Below, one piece after another: positions 50,637 through 60,762 of a DNA stretch of 64,000 nucleotides; position 1 is the first letter of the stretch, and every line of letters begins with the position of its first letter. Made by a program: the position numbers and the translations under genes. The stretch comes from Flavobacteriaceae bacterium (GTDB lineage Bacteria; Bacteroidota; Bacteroidia; Flavobacteriales; Flavobacteriaceae), in the NCBI GenBank assembly GCA_027490305.1, contig JAIXYI010000084.1:24193-88192 (forward strand). Direction: 5' to 3'. The notes beneath the pieces are model-generated. The model was not told where the DNA came from and did no database searches. It was given only the letters and a program-made list of their open reading frames with translations.

Positions 50637-51337
50637 TGGCTGAACGTTATCACCCGGAGAATGCACACGACGTGGTGCATCACCTAGAATACAATGCAGA
50701 ACGCGAACCGTTGTTCATTCCTGAATACGGCCGTATCCTGCAAAAACTCATTGCGCAGGCGGTTGAAGTAACCGATCGTGACGAGCGTAACCGACTGGCC
50801 CGTTACATCATCCAGGTGATGGGGAGCCTGAATCCGCATTTGCGTGACGTGCCCGATTTCCAGCATAAGCTCTGGGATCAGATTTTTATCATGTCGGACT
50901 TCAAACTCGACGTCGACTCACCCTACCCGCGTCCTACGGCAGAAGTGCTGCAGTTACGCCCGGCGCCGCTTCCCTATCCGCAGCACTTTCCGAAGTATCG
51001 TTACTACGGCAACAATATCCAATACATGATCGACGCGGCTCTGCAGTGGGAGGACGGCGAAATGAAGAGCGCGCTTGCCATCGCCATTGCCAACCACATG
51101 AAGAAAATGTACCTGAGTTGGAACAAGGAAACCGTTACCGATGAGGTCATTTTCCAGCACCTGCACGAGCTTTCGGGAGGGCAACTTGACCTGCAGGGTA
51201 CCGAAGAACTGGTGGAAACGGCGGAGCTTATCAAGACGAACCGACGTATGTCGAACTCGAAAAAGCCGCCCATACAGCAGACCAACAACAACCAGAAGAA
51301 AAACAACAAAAAGAACCAGTACAAAAAAAAGCAATAA
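50636..51337 (+). CDS. DUF4290 family protein
   Basis: LEYN...IPEYGR, LRDVPDFQHKLWD...MSDFKLDVDSPY, YRYYG, IANHMKK; usual position upstream of murA in Bacteroidota. Confidence 0.82.
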   Translation: MAERYHPENAHDVVHHLEYNAEREPLFIPEYGRILQKLIAQAVEVTDRDERNRLARYIIQVMGSLNPHLRDVPDFQHKLWDQIFIMSDFKLDVDSPYPRPTAEVLQLRPAPLPYPQHFPKYRYYGNNIQYMIDAALQWEDGEMKSALAIAIANHMKKMYLSWNKETVTDEVIFQHLHELSGGQLDLQGTEELVETAELIKTNRRMSNSKKPPIQQTNNNQKKNNKKNQYKKKQ

Positions 51338-51340
51338 TCG

Positions 51341-52651
51341 ATGGGGGTTTTCAAGATCGAGGGCGGCGTGCCGCTGAAAGGGGAAGTGACGCCGCAGGGC
51401 GCTAAGAACGAAGCACTACAAATACTATGTGCCGTATTATTGACGCCAGAAAAGGTCACGATCCACAACGTGCCGGATATCATCGATGTCAACAAGCTCA
51501 TCTCGCTATTGAAAAGCCTGGGCGTGAAAGTCGAGAAAATAGAGAAGGGATCGTATACCTTCGAATCGGATGACGTGAACGTAGGCTACCTCGAAACCGA
51601 GGCGTTCCGCAAAGAAGGCGGTGCGTTGCGCGGTTCCATCATGATCGTAGGACCTCTGTTGGCGCGATTCGGTCGTGGGTACATCCCGAAACCGGGCGGT
51701 GACAAGATCGGTCGTCGTCGACTTGACACGCACTTCGAAGGGTTCATCAATCTGGGCGCGGCGTTCCGCTACAACCGCGAAGACCATTTTTATGGTGTAG
51801 AAGCACCAAACGGACTTACCGGCACTGACATGCTTCTTGACGAAGCGTCGGTTACGGGCACCGCCAATATCGTCATGGCCGCTGTTCTGGCCAAGGGCGT
51901 TACCACTATCTATAACGCGGCCTGCGAACCGTATTTGCAGCAACTATCGAAGATGCTCAACTCGATGGGCGCGAAAATAACCGGTATCGGGTCGAACCTC
52001 TTGACTATCGAAGGCGTCGAACGACTCGGAGGTTGCGAGCACCGCATCCTGCCGGATATGATCGAAATCGGTTCGTGGATTGGCTTGGCGGCCATGACCC
52101 GAAGCGAAGTCACTATAAAAAATGTAAGCTGGGACAATTTGGGTCTTATCCCGAATACCTTCCGTAAACTCGGTATTACACTTGAGCGTCGGGGCGACGA
52201 TATCTATATCCCGGCCCACGCAGACGGTTATGAGGTTAAGACCGACATTGACGGCTCGATCCTGACGATTGCCGATGCTCCGTGGCCAGGCTTTACACCG
52301 GATTTGCTAAGTATTGTTTTGGTCGTTGCTACGCAGGCCAAAGGCGATGTGCTGATCCACCAAAAAATGTTCGAAAGCCGCCTGTTCTTCGTTGACAAGC
52401 TCATCGACATGGGCGCTAAAATCATGTTGTGTGACCCACACCGTGCGGTGGTTATCGGCCACGACTTCAAATCGCAATTGAAAGCGACGGTCATGTCGTC
52501 TCCGGATATCCGGGCCGGTATCGCGTTGCTGATTGCAGCTCTGTCAGCGAAAGGCATAAGTACCATTCAGAACATCGAGCAAATCGACCGGGGGTATGAA
52601 GACATCGAGAACCGACTGAAAGCATTGGGTGCACGGATTACCCGAGAGTAG
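51341..52651 (+). CDS. murA: UDP-N-acetylglucosamine 1-carboxyvinyltransferase
   Basis: GAKNEAL, PGGDKIGRRRLDTH (Asp at the Cys115-equivalent position), SVTGTAN, PWPGFTPD, SPDIRAG, IDRGYE. Confidence 0.96.
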   Translation: MGVFKIEGGVPLKGEVTPQGAKNEALQILCAVLLTPEKVTIHNVPDIIDVNKLISLLKSLGVKVEKIEKGSYTFESDDVNVGYLETEAFRKEGGALRGSIMIVGPLLARFGRGYIPKPGGDKIGRRRLDTHFEGFINLGAAFRYNREDHFYGVEAPNGLTGTDMLLDEASVTGTANIVMAAVLAKGVTTIYNAACEPYLQQLSKMLNSMGAKITGIGSNLLTIEGVERLGGCEHRILPDMIEIGSWIGLAAMTRSEVTIKNVSWDNLGLIPNTFRKLGITLERRGDDIYIPAHADGYEVKTDIDGSILTIADAPWPGFTPDLLSIVLVVATQAKGDVLIHQKMFESRLFFVDKLIDMGAKIMLCDPHRAVVIGHDFKSQLKATVMSSPDIRAGIALLIAALSAKGISTIQNIEQIDRGYEDIENRLKALGARITRE

Positions 52652-52669
52652 CCCAATCCCATACTATAA

Positions 52670-52705
52670 AATAAAAATCCCGGTTTTAAGCCGGGATTTT
52701 TTATT
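52670..52705. terminator. Bidirectional terminator between murA and the lipoprotein gene
   Basis: AAAAATCCCGG-TTTTAAG-CCGGGATTTTT with A and T tracts on both sides. Confidence 0.85.
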
Positions 52706-53423
52706 AGTGGATGGGGTCATACGCCACTGTCGTCCAGTTTTTCGTGACGTCGCAATAGTGGTAATGGATGATGTCTTTTGCGTCGAATTGCCCGTTCTTG
52801 TTCGTGTCCTCCGCACATCGGAAATACAGGCGCTCCTGGCTTTCGACAAAGGTCCAGTCGATCACTTCCTGCATGTCGACCGATAATTTGGTGAATCGGG
52901 TGCCGTCGGCCGCGCTGATGTATAACGATTTGATGTCATTCTCGTCAAGGCGTCCGTCGCGGTTCGTATCGCTGTCAGCGAGCGTATACACAATCGCCGG
53001 CGCTTTCTTGCGCGCCTGCAAGCCAGACAGATAGGTTGCGGTGTAAATGGTCACCTCTTTATCGGTTAACTTGCGAAAGGCCGTAGAGTCCTGATGCTGG
53101 AAGGCGAGGTTCTTCAAATAGCCGGTAAATTCAAAACGGTCGTAGTTCGAGACGCTGAAACTCACGTCTTGTGTATAGCTCGATTCAAATTTGCCGCTGC
53201 TTCGCGTCACACGGGCATTTCCGATCGGGTGAATCAGGTAACGGGAACCTTCGACCTGCACAGGCAAATCGGCTACGCGCACGTCAACCGTATCCTTTTT
53301 ATCACCAGCGGGTGCCGCTTTTGCAGCATCTTCATAAATGACTTTTGGCGTGGCGGCTACTTCTTCCTTTTTGCACGAAGTCAAAAGTGCTGTCAGCAAT
53401 AGCGGTATCAGGATGCGTTTCAT
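52704..53423 (-). CDS. Hypothetical lipoprotein with two EF-hand-like Dx[DN]xDG loops
   Basis: Start moved to MKRILIP; lipobox LTSC; DTNRDGRLDEND and DTNKNGQFDAKD; promoter TATCTTTG at 53448-53441. Confidence 0.8.
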   Translation of the reverse strand: MKRILIPLLLTALLTSCKKEEVAATPKVIYEDAAKAAPAGDKKDTVDVRVADLPVQVEGSRYLIHPIGNARVTRSSGKFESSYTQDVSFSVSNYDRFEFTGYLKNLAFQHQDSTAFRKLTDKEVTIYTATYLSGLQARKKAPAIVYTLADSDTNRDGRLDENDIKSLYISAADGTRFTKLSVDMQEVIDWTFVESQERLYFRCAEDTNKNGQFDAKDIIHYHYCDVTKNWTTVAYDPIH

Positions 53424-53470
53424 GGAACTACGATATAAACCAAAGATAGTCATTTTGCCTTTGCCTCCCG

Positions 53471-55945
53471 TTAAAGCTTCATGCTGAAACGGAGGTTGAA
53501 GACACGCGTCGTGAGGTAGTTCGGCACGCCGTATTGCGTCTTCGTATACACATCGCGTACCCAGGTATTGGTAATCGAGTTCTGGTTGTTGAAGAGGTTG
53601 AAAATCTCGAAGCCAGCAGAGAAGTCACGGAATTTCTTCAGCCAATGCCCATCAGGACGCTTGTCGTTGTTTTCGGTGAAGACATAGGAAAATCCGACGT
53701 CGGCACGACGGTAATCGGGTAGGCGGATCTGGTATTGGTACGGATCGGCATACGACGGTGAACCGCCCGGTAACCCTGTATTGTAGACAAGGTTCAGGTA
53801 CACCTTCACGTTCGGGATATTGGGCATGTAATCCTGAAACAGGATGCCAAACTTCAATCGTTGGTCGGTGGGACGCGAAATCCAGCCTTTGTTCGCGTAG
53901 TTTTCTTCGGTTTTCATATACCCGAAACTGAACCACGACTCGGTTCCTTTCACGAACTCGCCATTGAGTCGCATGTCGAGTCCCTGCACATACGCCTTTG
54001 CATTGTTGTCGGCCGAATAACGGATCCGAACGTTGTCGATCGTGTAGGTGTTGACATCACTTAACGACTTATAGTACACCTCGGAGACGAGCCGGAACTT
54101 TTTATCGCCCCACATTTTAAAGGCATAATCATGTCCGAATACTACGTGTATTGATTGCTGCGCCTTCACGTCCGGGTTGACCGTGCCGGTGGCATCGCGC
54201 AATTCGCGGTAAAACGGAGGCTGGTGATAAAAACCGCCCGAGAGGCGGAATAACATATCGCGGCTGCCGTTGGGTTTGAAGGTAAACTGTGCCCTCGGAC
54301 TGAAAACGGTCTGTTGTTTGCCGTCGGCCGCATCCCCTGACACTTTCCAGCTATGGAAGCGCGCCCCCAGGTTGATGAACAAGTCGCCTTTTCCTATCGA
54401 TGCGCGTTTCGACCATTGGGCGAAGCCCGAAAAGCGGTCGATGGTCACGAAATTCGTGGCGCGTACATTTTGATAGGGTACAAGTGGTCCTGTATACGGG
54501 TTATACGGCTGGTCGTTCCTCGGCAAGTCGATACGCGGGGGATTGATGGCAAAACCCGCTGAATCAATTACTTCCCATTCGACCAGGCGGTCACGGAAAT
54601 CTTCACGGGTGTATTTCACACCCCAATCCACCTGGTGGCCGTTGCCGACCCGATGGTTGCCTTTCACCTCGGCATTGACGATAAGGGCATCAAGGTCGTT
54701 GCGGGCGTGGTTCAATTGGGATCCGATTCCTTCGGTAAACTCGACATTTCCAAAATTCTCGTCCCCTAAATTCGTGTTCACTTCTCCCAAACGATACTGT
54801 GCCAGGATATCATAGTGTTCCTGCTCCTGGGTGTGGTATGCGGACGTGATGAATTTCAGAGTGAAATTATCGTTAACAGTGTAGGTAGACTTGACCGCGC
54901 CGAAGTATGTGAGGTATTTGTCTTTTTCCTGCCCTTCATAGAAAATTAGCAAAGCAATCGGATCATCGATCGTGCCGAAATTAGTCTGGCGGGTGATGGG
55001 GCGATAGTCGTAGCGGTTTTGGGAGATATTTCCGAGAAAACTCCATTCCCATTTCAACGACGGGTGCCAATTGATAGCGGCCTGTACATCCGCGAAAATC
55101 GGGCGGAAATTGGTTTCCGTTTCCTGGCTCTTCACCAACATGGCATTGTTGCGGTAGCGTACGCCTACGATTCCATCCCACTTTTGGTTTTTGGAAGCGG
55201 TCTCGACCATGGCGCTCGCCCCCAGGAAACTGGCAGTCGCAGCAGCACCGAATTTATACGGGCGGCGATAGGTGATATCAAGCACAGAAGAGAGTTTGTC
55301 GCCGTATTTGGCTTGGAATCCCCCGGCAGAAAATTCCACCTTTGAGACCATGTCGGTGTTGGTGAAACTCAATCCTTCCTGTTGCCCGGATCGAATAAGG
55401 AACGGTCGATACACTTCTATTTCATTTACGTAGACCAGGTTTTCGTCGAAGTTGCCGCCGCGTACGTTGTAGCCGGTAGACAGTTCGTTGTTGCCACTGA
55501 CGCCGGGCATTGTCTTTAATACGTTTTCGATGCCGGCATTACCACCGGGGCTGTTCGCGATAGTGGCGGGATCTACGGTCACAACGCCCTCTACACGGGG
55601 TCGGTTTCGATTGTCAACCACCACTTCTCCCATCATCTCGGCGGTCGTGCTGATTTGCGGATTGAGAAGATAGTCCTCGTTGGGTTTAAGCGTCACAAAT
55701 ACAGACACGTTTTTATGTCCGACGTGAGAGAAGACAATCGTAATTTTCTCATTGGCAGGTACGGTAAGGAAGTAGGCACCGTTCTCATCGGAAGTGGTCG
55801 TCTGTTCTCCCGCTTTAACTGTCACCCCGGGCACGGGAAGATTTGATTCATCCACCACTACGCCTTTGATCCGCGCCTGCTGCGCAAAGGCCGAAAAACC
55901 AGTAAATAATAAAAAGAAGGTCAGGAAGTGTAAGACGGTTTTCAA
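53471..55945 (-). CDS. TonB-dependent receptor-like protein (non-SusC, no SusD)
   Basis: GVVVDESNLPVPGV N-domain, plug YNVRGGNFDENLVYVN, FSAGGFQAKYGDKLSSVLDI, barrel strands, C-terminal PNYLTTRVFNLRFSMKL. Confidence 0.85.
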   Translation of the reverse strand: MKTVLHFLTFFLLFTGFSAFAQQARIKGVVVDESNLPVPGVTVKAGEQTTTSDENGAYFLTVPANEKITIVFSHVGHKNVSVFVTLKPNEDYLLNPQISTTAEMMGEVVVDNRNRPRVEGVVTVDPATIANSPGGNAGIENVLKTMPGVSGNNELSTGYNVRGGNFDENLVYVNEIEVYRPFLIRSGQQEGLSFTNTDMVSKVEFSAGGFQAKYGDKLSSVLDITYRRPYKFGAAATASFLGASAMVETASKNQKWDGIVGVRYRNNAMLVKSQETETNFRPIFADVQAAINWHPSLKWEWSFLGNISQNRYDYRPITRQTNFGTIDDPIALLIFYEGQEKDKYLTYFGAVKSTYTVNDNFTLKFITSAYHTQEQEHYDILAQYRLGEVNTNLGDENFGNVEFTEGIGSQLNHARNDLDALIVNAEVKGNHRVGNGHQVDWGVKYTREDFRDRLVEWEVIDSAGFAINPPRIDLPRNDQPYNPYTGPLVPYQNVRATNFVTIDRFSGFAQWSKRASIGKGDLFINLGARFHSWKVSGDAADGKQQTVFSPRAQFTFKPNGSRDMLFRLSGGFYHQPPFYRELRDATGTVNPDVKAQQSIHVVFGHDYAFKMWGDKKFRLVSEVYYKSLSDVNTYTIDNVRIRYSADNNAKAYVQGLDMRLNGEFVKGTESWFSFGYMKTEENYANKGWISRPTDQRLKFGILFQDYMPNIPNVKVYLNLVYNTGLPGGSPSYADPYQYQIRLPDYRRADVGFSYVFTENNDKRPDGHWLKKFRDFSAGFEIFNLFNNQNSITNTWVRDVYTKTQYGVPNYLTTRVFNLRFSMKL

Positions 55946-56006
55946 ATCGGTCGGTTTAGCGTTGGCTCCTTTTCCAAACGCCGTAGCATCCAGAAAATTG
56001 CATGGT

Positions 56007-57722
56007 TCACGGCGTCAATGCCCGAAAGAACCAGGTTTCAAATATAGCGGAATTTCCAACATTATCGGTTACCACGAGGCGGAGTTCGTTGCGTCCGTCG
56101 ACGGTATTCCCATCGGAGAAATCGTAGGTGAGCGTTTTGGTCTTGTTATCATACTCAAAAAGAATCCACTTTCCGTTGAGGTAACCGCTATACGATTGGA
56201 TGCCGGATAGATCATCCTGTATTTTGACGGTCAGGGTTTTATTCTTGCTGATCCATTTTGCCTCCTTGAAGTTCAGGGGTTTGATAACCGGTGCGACGGT
56301 GTCTCGCACAAGCGTAAAATCGCCCAAGTCCTTCGTTTGGGTCGTAAACACTCCTTTTTCCCATTTGGTGGCATTGTAACTGCGGCGTGTGCCGTCGATA
56401 GTGGCAATGAACGTCTGCTTTCGATCGGCTTCCGGAATGGTCGTATCGGCGATAGCAATGGTGAAGTTGCGATGAACCGGCACCGAATCGTCGTGCAGGT
56501 GGAGCCGACTGCCGTCGACGGAGAAATCGAGGTAGAAATCATTGTAGAACGTCCCGGCGGGAAACGAAACCGTCACATTGTCTTTTCGGTATATATTGTC
56601 AATCGCGGCTTTCAGGAAGTAAGGTGTCACCTTAATGGGCTCTGGTGTTGCCGTCGGCTCACTTGGGGCGTAATCGATAGGAATGTGCACGTTGACGGTA
56701 TTTCCCTTGAAATCCGCTATTTCGATTCGGCACACATCGGTGAGGTTCGGTACTACGGTCACGATGCCTTCGTCGGGTCCGGGTTCGAGCAGGCTTAGGT
56801 TATACGGTGCTTCCCGAAACAACTTCTGCAACCGCATGCCGGTTTTTCGAAAACGCGGGTAGTCAAGTAAGGCATTTACATAGCGGCTCTCGTCAAACGC
56901 AAAAGTGTCGAATTCATAGCCAAAACCCGGCGATCCGTTGTGGTACGTGCGAATCCGGTAGATGCCGTGTTTGGTATAGTTCGCATCGGACTGGTCATAG
57001 GTGCTTACGCCGAATCCGATTTTGCCGATGGCTTCGATGCGGTCGGCAATGTAACTGCCATCCGACTGTAATTTCAGGCTGACCATCACCGGACGACGGG
57101 ATTGGTTGACGCTTGATTCCGGACCGATGGGATACACCATCAAACCTGTCAACACCGGCATTCGCGAGTCGGCGACCCATTGGTCGAAGCCAAAAAGCAT
57201 CGGGTTGATGATTTTTTCACTCTTGGTATCCCGAATTTCAAAGTGCAGGTGGGGTCCGGCCGATCCGCCGGTGTTGCCGGACCACGCAATCGTATCGCCT
57301 TTTTTTACGGATAACTGCGCCGGCTCGGGAAATACTTCAATTTCGAAGTTCTCTTGTGAATATTGTTGTTTTCGGATGTATTCTTCAATGACGCCATATC
57401 CTTTTTGCAAATGTCCATAGACGGTCGTATAACCATTGGGATGGTCGATATAAATCGCTTTTCCGTATCCGAATGGCGAGATCTTGATACGCGATATATA
57501 CCCGTCGGCGGCCGCTATCACCGGAAAACCTTCTTTTTGCTGCGTCTTGAAGTCCAATCCGGCATGGAAGTGATTGCTCCGTAGTTCCCCAAAACTCCCC
57601 GAAAGAAAAAGAGGAATGTCAAGTGGCGACCGAAAGTAATCACGCGGGTACGACGGGGCGGTCGACTGCGCAAAGGCTGACAGCGACAAAAGACCGATGC
57701 ATAAGGCTCTTAGTTTGTCCAT
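56007..57722 (-). CDS. M23 family metallopeptidase with C-terminal beta-sandwich extension
   Basis: NHFHAGLDFK, TTVYGHL, SGNTGGSAGPHLHFEIR; signal peptide ending AFA-Q. Confidence 0.9.
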   Translation of the reverse strand: MDKLRALCIGLLSLSAFAQSTAPSYPRDYFRSPLDIPLFLSGSFGELRSNHFHAGLDFKTQQKEGFPVIAAADGYISRIKISPFGYGKAIYIDHPNGYTTVYGHLQKGYGVIEEYIRKQQYSQENFEIEVFPEPAQLSVKKGDTIAWSGNTGGSAGPHLHFEIRDTKSEKIINPMLFGFDQWVADSRMPVLTGLMVYPIGPESSVNQSRRPVMVSLKLQSDGSYIADRIEAIGKIGFGVSTYDQSDANYTKHGIYRIRTYHNGSPGFGYEFDTFAFDESRYVNALLDYPRFRKTGMRLQKLFREAPYNLSLLEPGPDEGIVTVVPNLTDVCRIEIADFKGNTVNVHIPIDYAPSEPTATPEPIKVTPYFLKAAIDNIYRKDNVTVSFPAGTFYNDFYLDFSVDGSRLHLHDDSVPVHRNFTIAIADTTIPEADRKQTFIATIDGTRRSYNATKWEKGVFTTQTKDLGDFTLVRDTVAPVIKPLNFKEAKWISKNKTLTVKIQDDLSGIQSYSGYLNGKWILFEYDNKTKTLTYDFSDGNTVDGRNELRLVVTDNVGNSAIFETWFFRALTP

Positions 57723-57835
57723 TCTGCGAAAATAGGCATAACGTTTCTGGGACCATTACGGGAAATCCGCAAAAATATCAACCATTTCGTCCACATTACC
57801 CTAACGCGAGGAAGGGATAAAAAATTTCAAAAGTC

Positions 57836-57865
57836 TTGTAATAACCAAATAGAATAGTAATTTTG
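57836..57865 (+). promoter_or_regulatory. Consensus promoter TTG-N19-TAATTTTG for the zapB-like/zapA operon
   Basis: TTG 57836-57838, TAATTTTG 57858-57865. Confidence 0.75.
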
Positions 57866-57889
57866 TGAAGATAGGAATGAATCGGATTT

Positions 57890-58180
57890 ATGAGTGAAAT
57901 TTCAGAGACCGTACGTGTTCTCGAGGCCAGTATCGGCAAGCTTTTCCAACGATTGGAAAGCCTTGAGCGGACAGCAGGTGAACTTCGACGGGAACTGGAA
58001 GCCGCAACAGCGACGATCGATCGGCAATACGCCGAGTCGGAAGCGCTGAAAAAGCAGTATGAAACGCTTAAAATCGCCCATTCATTGCTTGGCAGTGACG
58101 AAAACAAACGAGATACGAAGCTCAAGATAAACGCTTTGATACGGGAGATCGACTACTGTATTGCGCAACTTTCCGACTAA
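57890..58180 (+). CDS. Small coiled-coil protein, ZapB-like
   Basis: Heptad-rich 96 aa ending KLKINALIREIDYCIAQL; stop overlaps the zapA ATG. Confidence 0.75.
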   Translation: MSEISETVRVLEASIGKLFQRLESLERTAGELRRELEAATATIDRQYAESEALKKQYETLKIAHSLLGSDENKRDTKLKINALIREIDYCIAQLSD

Positions 58181-58473
58181 TGGACGAAAAGCTCAAAATC
58201 AGGATTTCGATAGCCGACAGGATGTATCCGCTGACGGTCGACCCTTCGCAAGAAGAGGGACTTCGGCGTGCCTCGAAGAAAATAGATGCGATGATCCGGC
58301 AGTTCGAAGAGAACTATGCCGTTCGTGACAAACAGGATGTACTGGCCATGTGCGCCCTGCAGTTCGCCTCACAACTCGAGCAAAAGCAAATCGACACCAC
58401 CGCTGACAGTTCCGACGCCCACGAGCGGCTGAAAGAACTCAACGCACGGCTGGCAGCGTATCTTTCCAAATAA
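58180..58473 (+). CDS. zapA: Cell division protein ZapA
   Basis: KIRISIADRMYPL...EEGLRRASKKI...YAVRDKQDVLAMCAL. Confidence 0.9.
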   Translation: MDEKLKIRISIADRMYPLTVDPSQEEGLRRASKKIDAMIRQFEENYAVRDKQDVLAMCALQFASQLEQKQIDTTADSSDAHERLKELNARLAAYLSK

Positions 58474-58474
58474 G

Positions 58475-58660
58475 ACGTTCTTTACATACAACGATACTGC
58501 CTACATTGGTTTCAATTGGTAAACTCAACACCAACAATTTAAACGGGTGAGTCGACGCTACTAAAGCATGCCCTCCAGTCAGGGATCCTTGAACAGCGTG
58601 CTAGCCCTAAACTTGTCTTTACGAGTTTACGCATACGAATTTCTAATGTAGGCTTTTTTT
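58475..58660 (+). ncRNA. ssrS: 6S RNA (6S-Flavo type), boundaries approximate
   Basis: Between zapA and rny; nested long-range pairs GCCTACATT/AATGTAGGC (58499-58507/58645-58653), GTAAACTC/GAGTTTAC (58519-58526/58623-58630), ACGCT/AGCGT; T7 tail; TATCTTTC at 58459-58466 as a possible promoter. Confidence 0.78.
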
Positions 58661-58683
58661 ATTTTAATCCTTAAAACACAAAC

Positions 58684-60246
58684 ATGGACATCGTATCAAT
58701 ACTCATCGGGCTGGCAGCCGGCGGGGGCGGTGGTTTCCTCTTCGCAAAATACATGCAGAAGAAGAGTGATACTGCACAAGTCTCCAACGCGCACAAAGAA
58801 GCCGCTTCGATCATAGAAGCCGCCAACGTAAAGGCGGAAAACATCAAGCAGGACAAGATCCTTCAGGCCAAGGAAAAGTTCATCGAACTCAAGGCCGAAC
58901 ACGAGCAGGTCATCCTGCAACGCGACAAAAAGGTAGCGGAGGTCGAGAAACGCATCCGCGACAAAGAGTCGATGGTTTCCAATGAATTGGCGCGCACCAA
59001 GAAACTCAACGACGAATACGAGAGCAAGGCCAACGAATACGCGACGAAGATTGAAACGCTTGATAAAAAGCAGCAAGAAGTCGACCGTCTCCACAAGAGT
59101 CAACTCGAGCAACTTGAAGTGATTTCAGGACTGTCGGTAGAAGAAGCAACCAACCAATTGGTGGAAGGACTGCGGGCGGAAGCGCGTACACGGGCGATGT
59201 CGTATATTCAGGACACCCTTGAAGAGGCGAAGCTTACGGCGCAACAGGAAGCCAAGAAAGTCATCATCAGCACGATCCAGCGGGTTGGAACGGAAGAAGC
59301 GGTCGAGAATTGCGTATCCGTTTTCAACATCGAATCTGATGACGTAAAAGGACGTATCATCGGTCGTGAAGGGCGTAACATTCGCGCACTCGAGGCTGCA
59401 ACAGGCGTTGAGATCATTGTGGATGACACCCCAGAGGCCATCATTCTTTCGTGCTTTGATCCGGTTCGTCGGGAAATCGCACGACTGGCGCTACACAAGC
59501 TAGTGACGGATGGACGTATCCACCCGGCCCGTATCGAAGAGGTAGTAGCCAAGACCAGCAAACAGATCGAGGAAGAAATCATCGAAGTGGGAAAACGCAC
59601 GGTCATCGACCTCGGCATCCACGGTTTGCATCCGGAATTAATCAAGGTGGTCGGGCGGATGAAATACCGTTCGTCATACGGACAAAACCTGCTCCAACAC
59701 TCGCGGGAAGTCGCGAAGCTCTGTGGCCTGATGGCGGCAGAACTCGGACTCAACGTGAAACTGGCCAAACGTGCCGGTCTCCTTCACGACATCGGAAAAG
59801 TGCCAGAAACCGAAAGCGACCTGCCACACGCGCTCTTGGGTATGCAGTGGGCGGAGAAGTATGGTGAGAAGGAAGAAGTGTGCAACGCCATTGGGGCACA
59901 CCACGATGAAATTGAAATGACCTCACTGATTTCACCGATTATCCAGGTATGTGACGCGATTTCAGGTGCCCGTCCAGGTGCCCGTCGTCAGGTATTGGAT
60001 TCCTACATCCAGCGTTTGAAAGACCTTGAGAACATCGCTTTTGGATTCCACGGGGTGAAAAGTGCCTATGCCATCCAGGCGGGCCGTGAGCTGCGGGTAA
60101 TCGTAGAAAGCGAAAAGGTATCCGATGACAAGGCAGCAAGTCTTTCATTTGATATTTCGCAGAAAATCCAGACGGAGATGACCTATCCAGGGCAGGTAAA
60201 GATTACCGTAATCCGGGAAACACGCGCCGTTAACATCGCGAAGTAA
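58684..60246 (+). CDS. rny: Ribonuclease Y
   Basis: N-terminal TM and coiled coil, [20 protein letters not shown] motif [20 protein letters not shown]. Confidence 0.97.
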   Translation: MDIVSILIGLAAGGGGGFLFAKYMQKKSDTAQVSNAHKEAASIIEAANVKAENIKQDKILQAKEKFIELKAEHEQVILQRDKKVAEVEKRIRDKESMVSNELARTKKLNDEYESKANEYATKIETLDKKQQEVDRLHKSQLEQLEVISGLSVEEATNQLVEGLRAEARTRAMSYIQDTLEEAKLTAQQEAKKVIISTIQRVGTEEAVENCVSVFNIESDDVKGRIIGREGRNIRALEAATGVEIIVDDTPEAIILSCFDPVRREIARLALHKLVTDGRIHPARIEEVVAKTSKQIEEEIIEVGKRTVIDLGIHGLHPELIKVVGRMKYRSSYGQNLLQHSREVAKLCGLMAAELGLNVKLAKRAGLLHDIGKVPETESDLPHALLGMQWAEKYGEKEEVCNAIGAHHDEIEMTSLISPIIQVCDAISGARPGARRQVLDSYIQRLKDLENIAFGFHGVKSAYAIQAGRELRVIVESEKVSDDKAASLSFDISQKIQTEMTYPGQVKITVIRETRAVNIAK

Positions 60247-60265
60247 CAAACATTCTATAGAAAAG

Positions 60266-60294
60266 AAAAAGTCCGCAATTGCGGACTTTTTTTT
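60266..60294. terminator. Bidirectional terminator after rny
   Basis: AAAAAGTCCGC-AATT-GCGGACTTTTTTTT. Confidence 0.88.
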
Positions 60295-60311
60295 GGTTTC
60301 AACCTTTTTAA

Positions 60312-60707
60312 TTAGTTCGCGAAAATCCGCGAGAGATCGTGTTCGTTGATGGGCTTTACGTAGTATTTTGCTATTTCCTTTTCGAAGAACTGGGCGCGGG
60401 CTTTGTCGACCGTATCCACCGAAGAGGTCACCATGTACACCTTCGTAGGGATGTCGTAGTTTTCCTTTAGCTTTCGGTATTCCTCCAAAAACTGCCAGCC
60501 ATCCATGATGGGCATATTGATGTCAAGAAGGATAAGATCGGGGAATTCGTTGGTCACCATTTTTTCTTTTAGGTTCTGGAGTGCATCCTGACCATTTTCA
60601 AAAAAAGAGGTTTCCGTGCAGATATCGTTCTTCTGTAATAGGTTCCGTAAGATAAAATGATAGATTTTATCATCGTCAACCACATATATGTCTTTAAACT
60701 TCCTCAT
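60312..60707 (-). CDS. Single-domain (CheY-like) response regulator
   Basis: YVVDDD, ILLDINMPIMDGWQF, MVTSS, VKP; no output domain. ATG at 60707 preferred over TTG at 60722. Confidence 0.88.
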   Translation of the reverse strand: MRKFKDIYVVDDDKIYHFILRNLLQKNDICTETSFFENGQDALQNLKEKMVTNEFPDLILLDINMPIMDGWQFLEEYRKLKENYDIPTKVYMVTSSVDTVDKARAQFFEKEIAKYYVKPINEHDLSRIFAN

Positions 60708-60762
60708 TACCCTAAATTGCACATTTCCCCTACGTAAAAGTACTGAGGTGTTTTTTTACGGC

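Noticed and set aside
51341-52651. Asp in place of the MurA catalytic Cys as a novel fosfomycin-resistance trait
   Set aside because: The Cys-to-Asp MurA variant is established and widespread, including in Bacteroidota.
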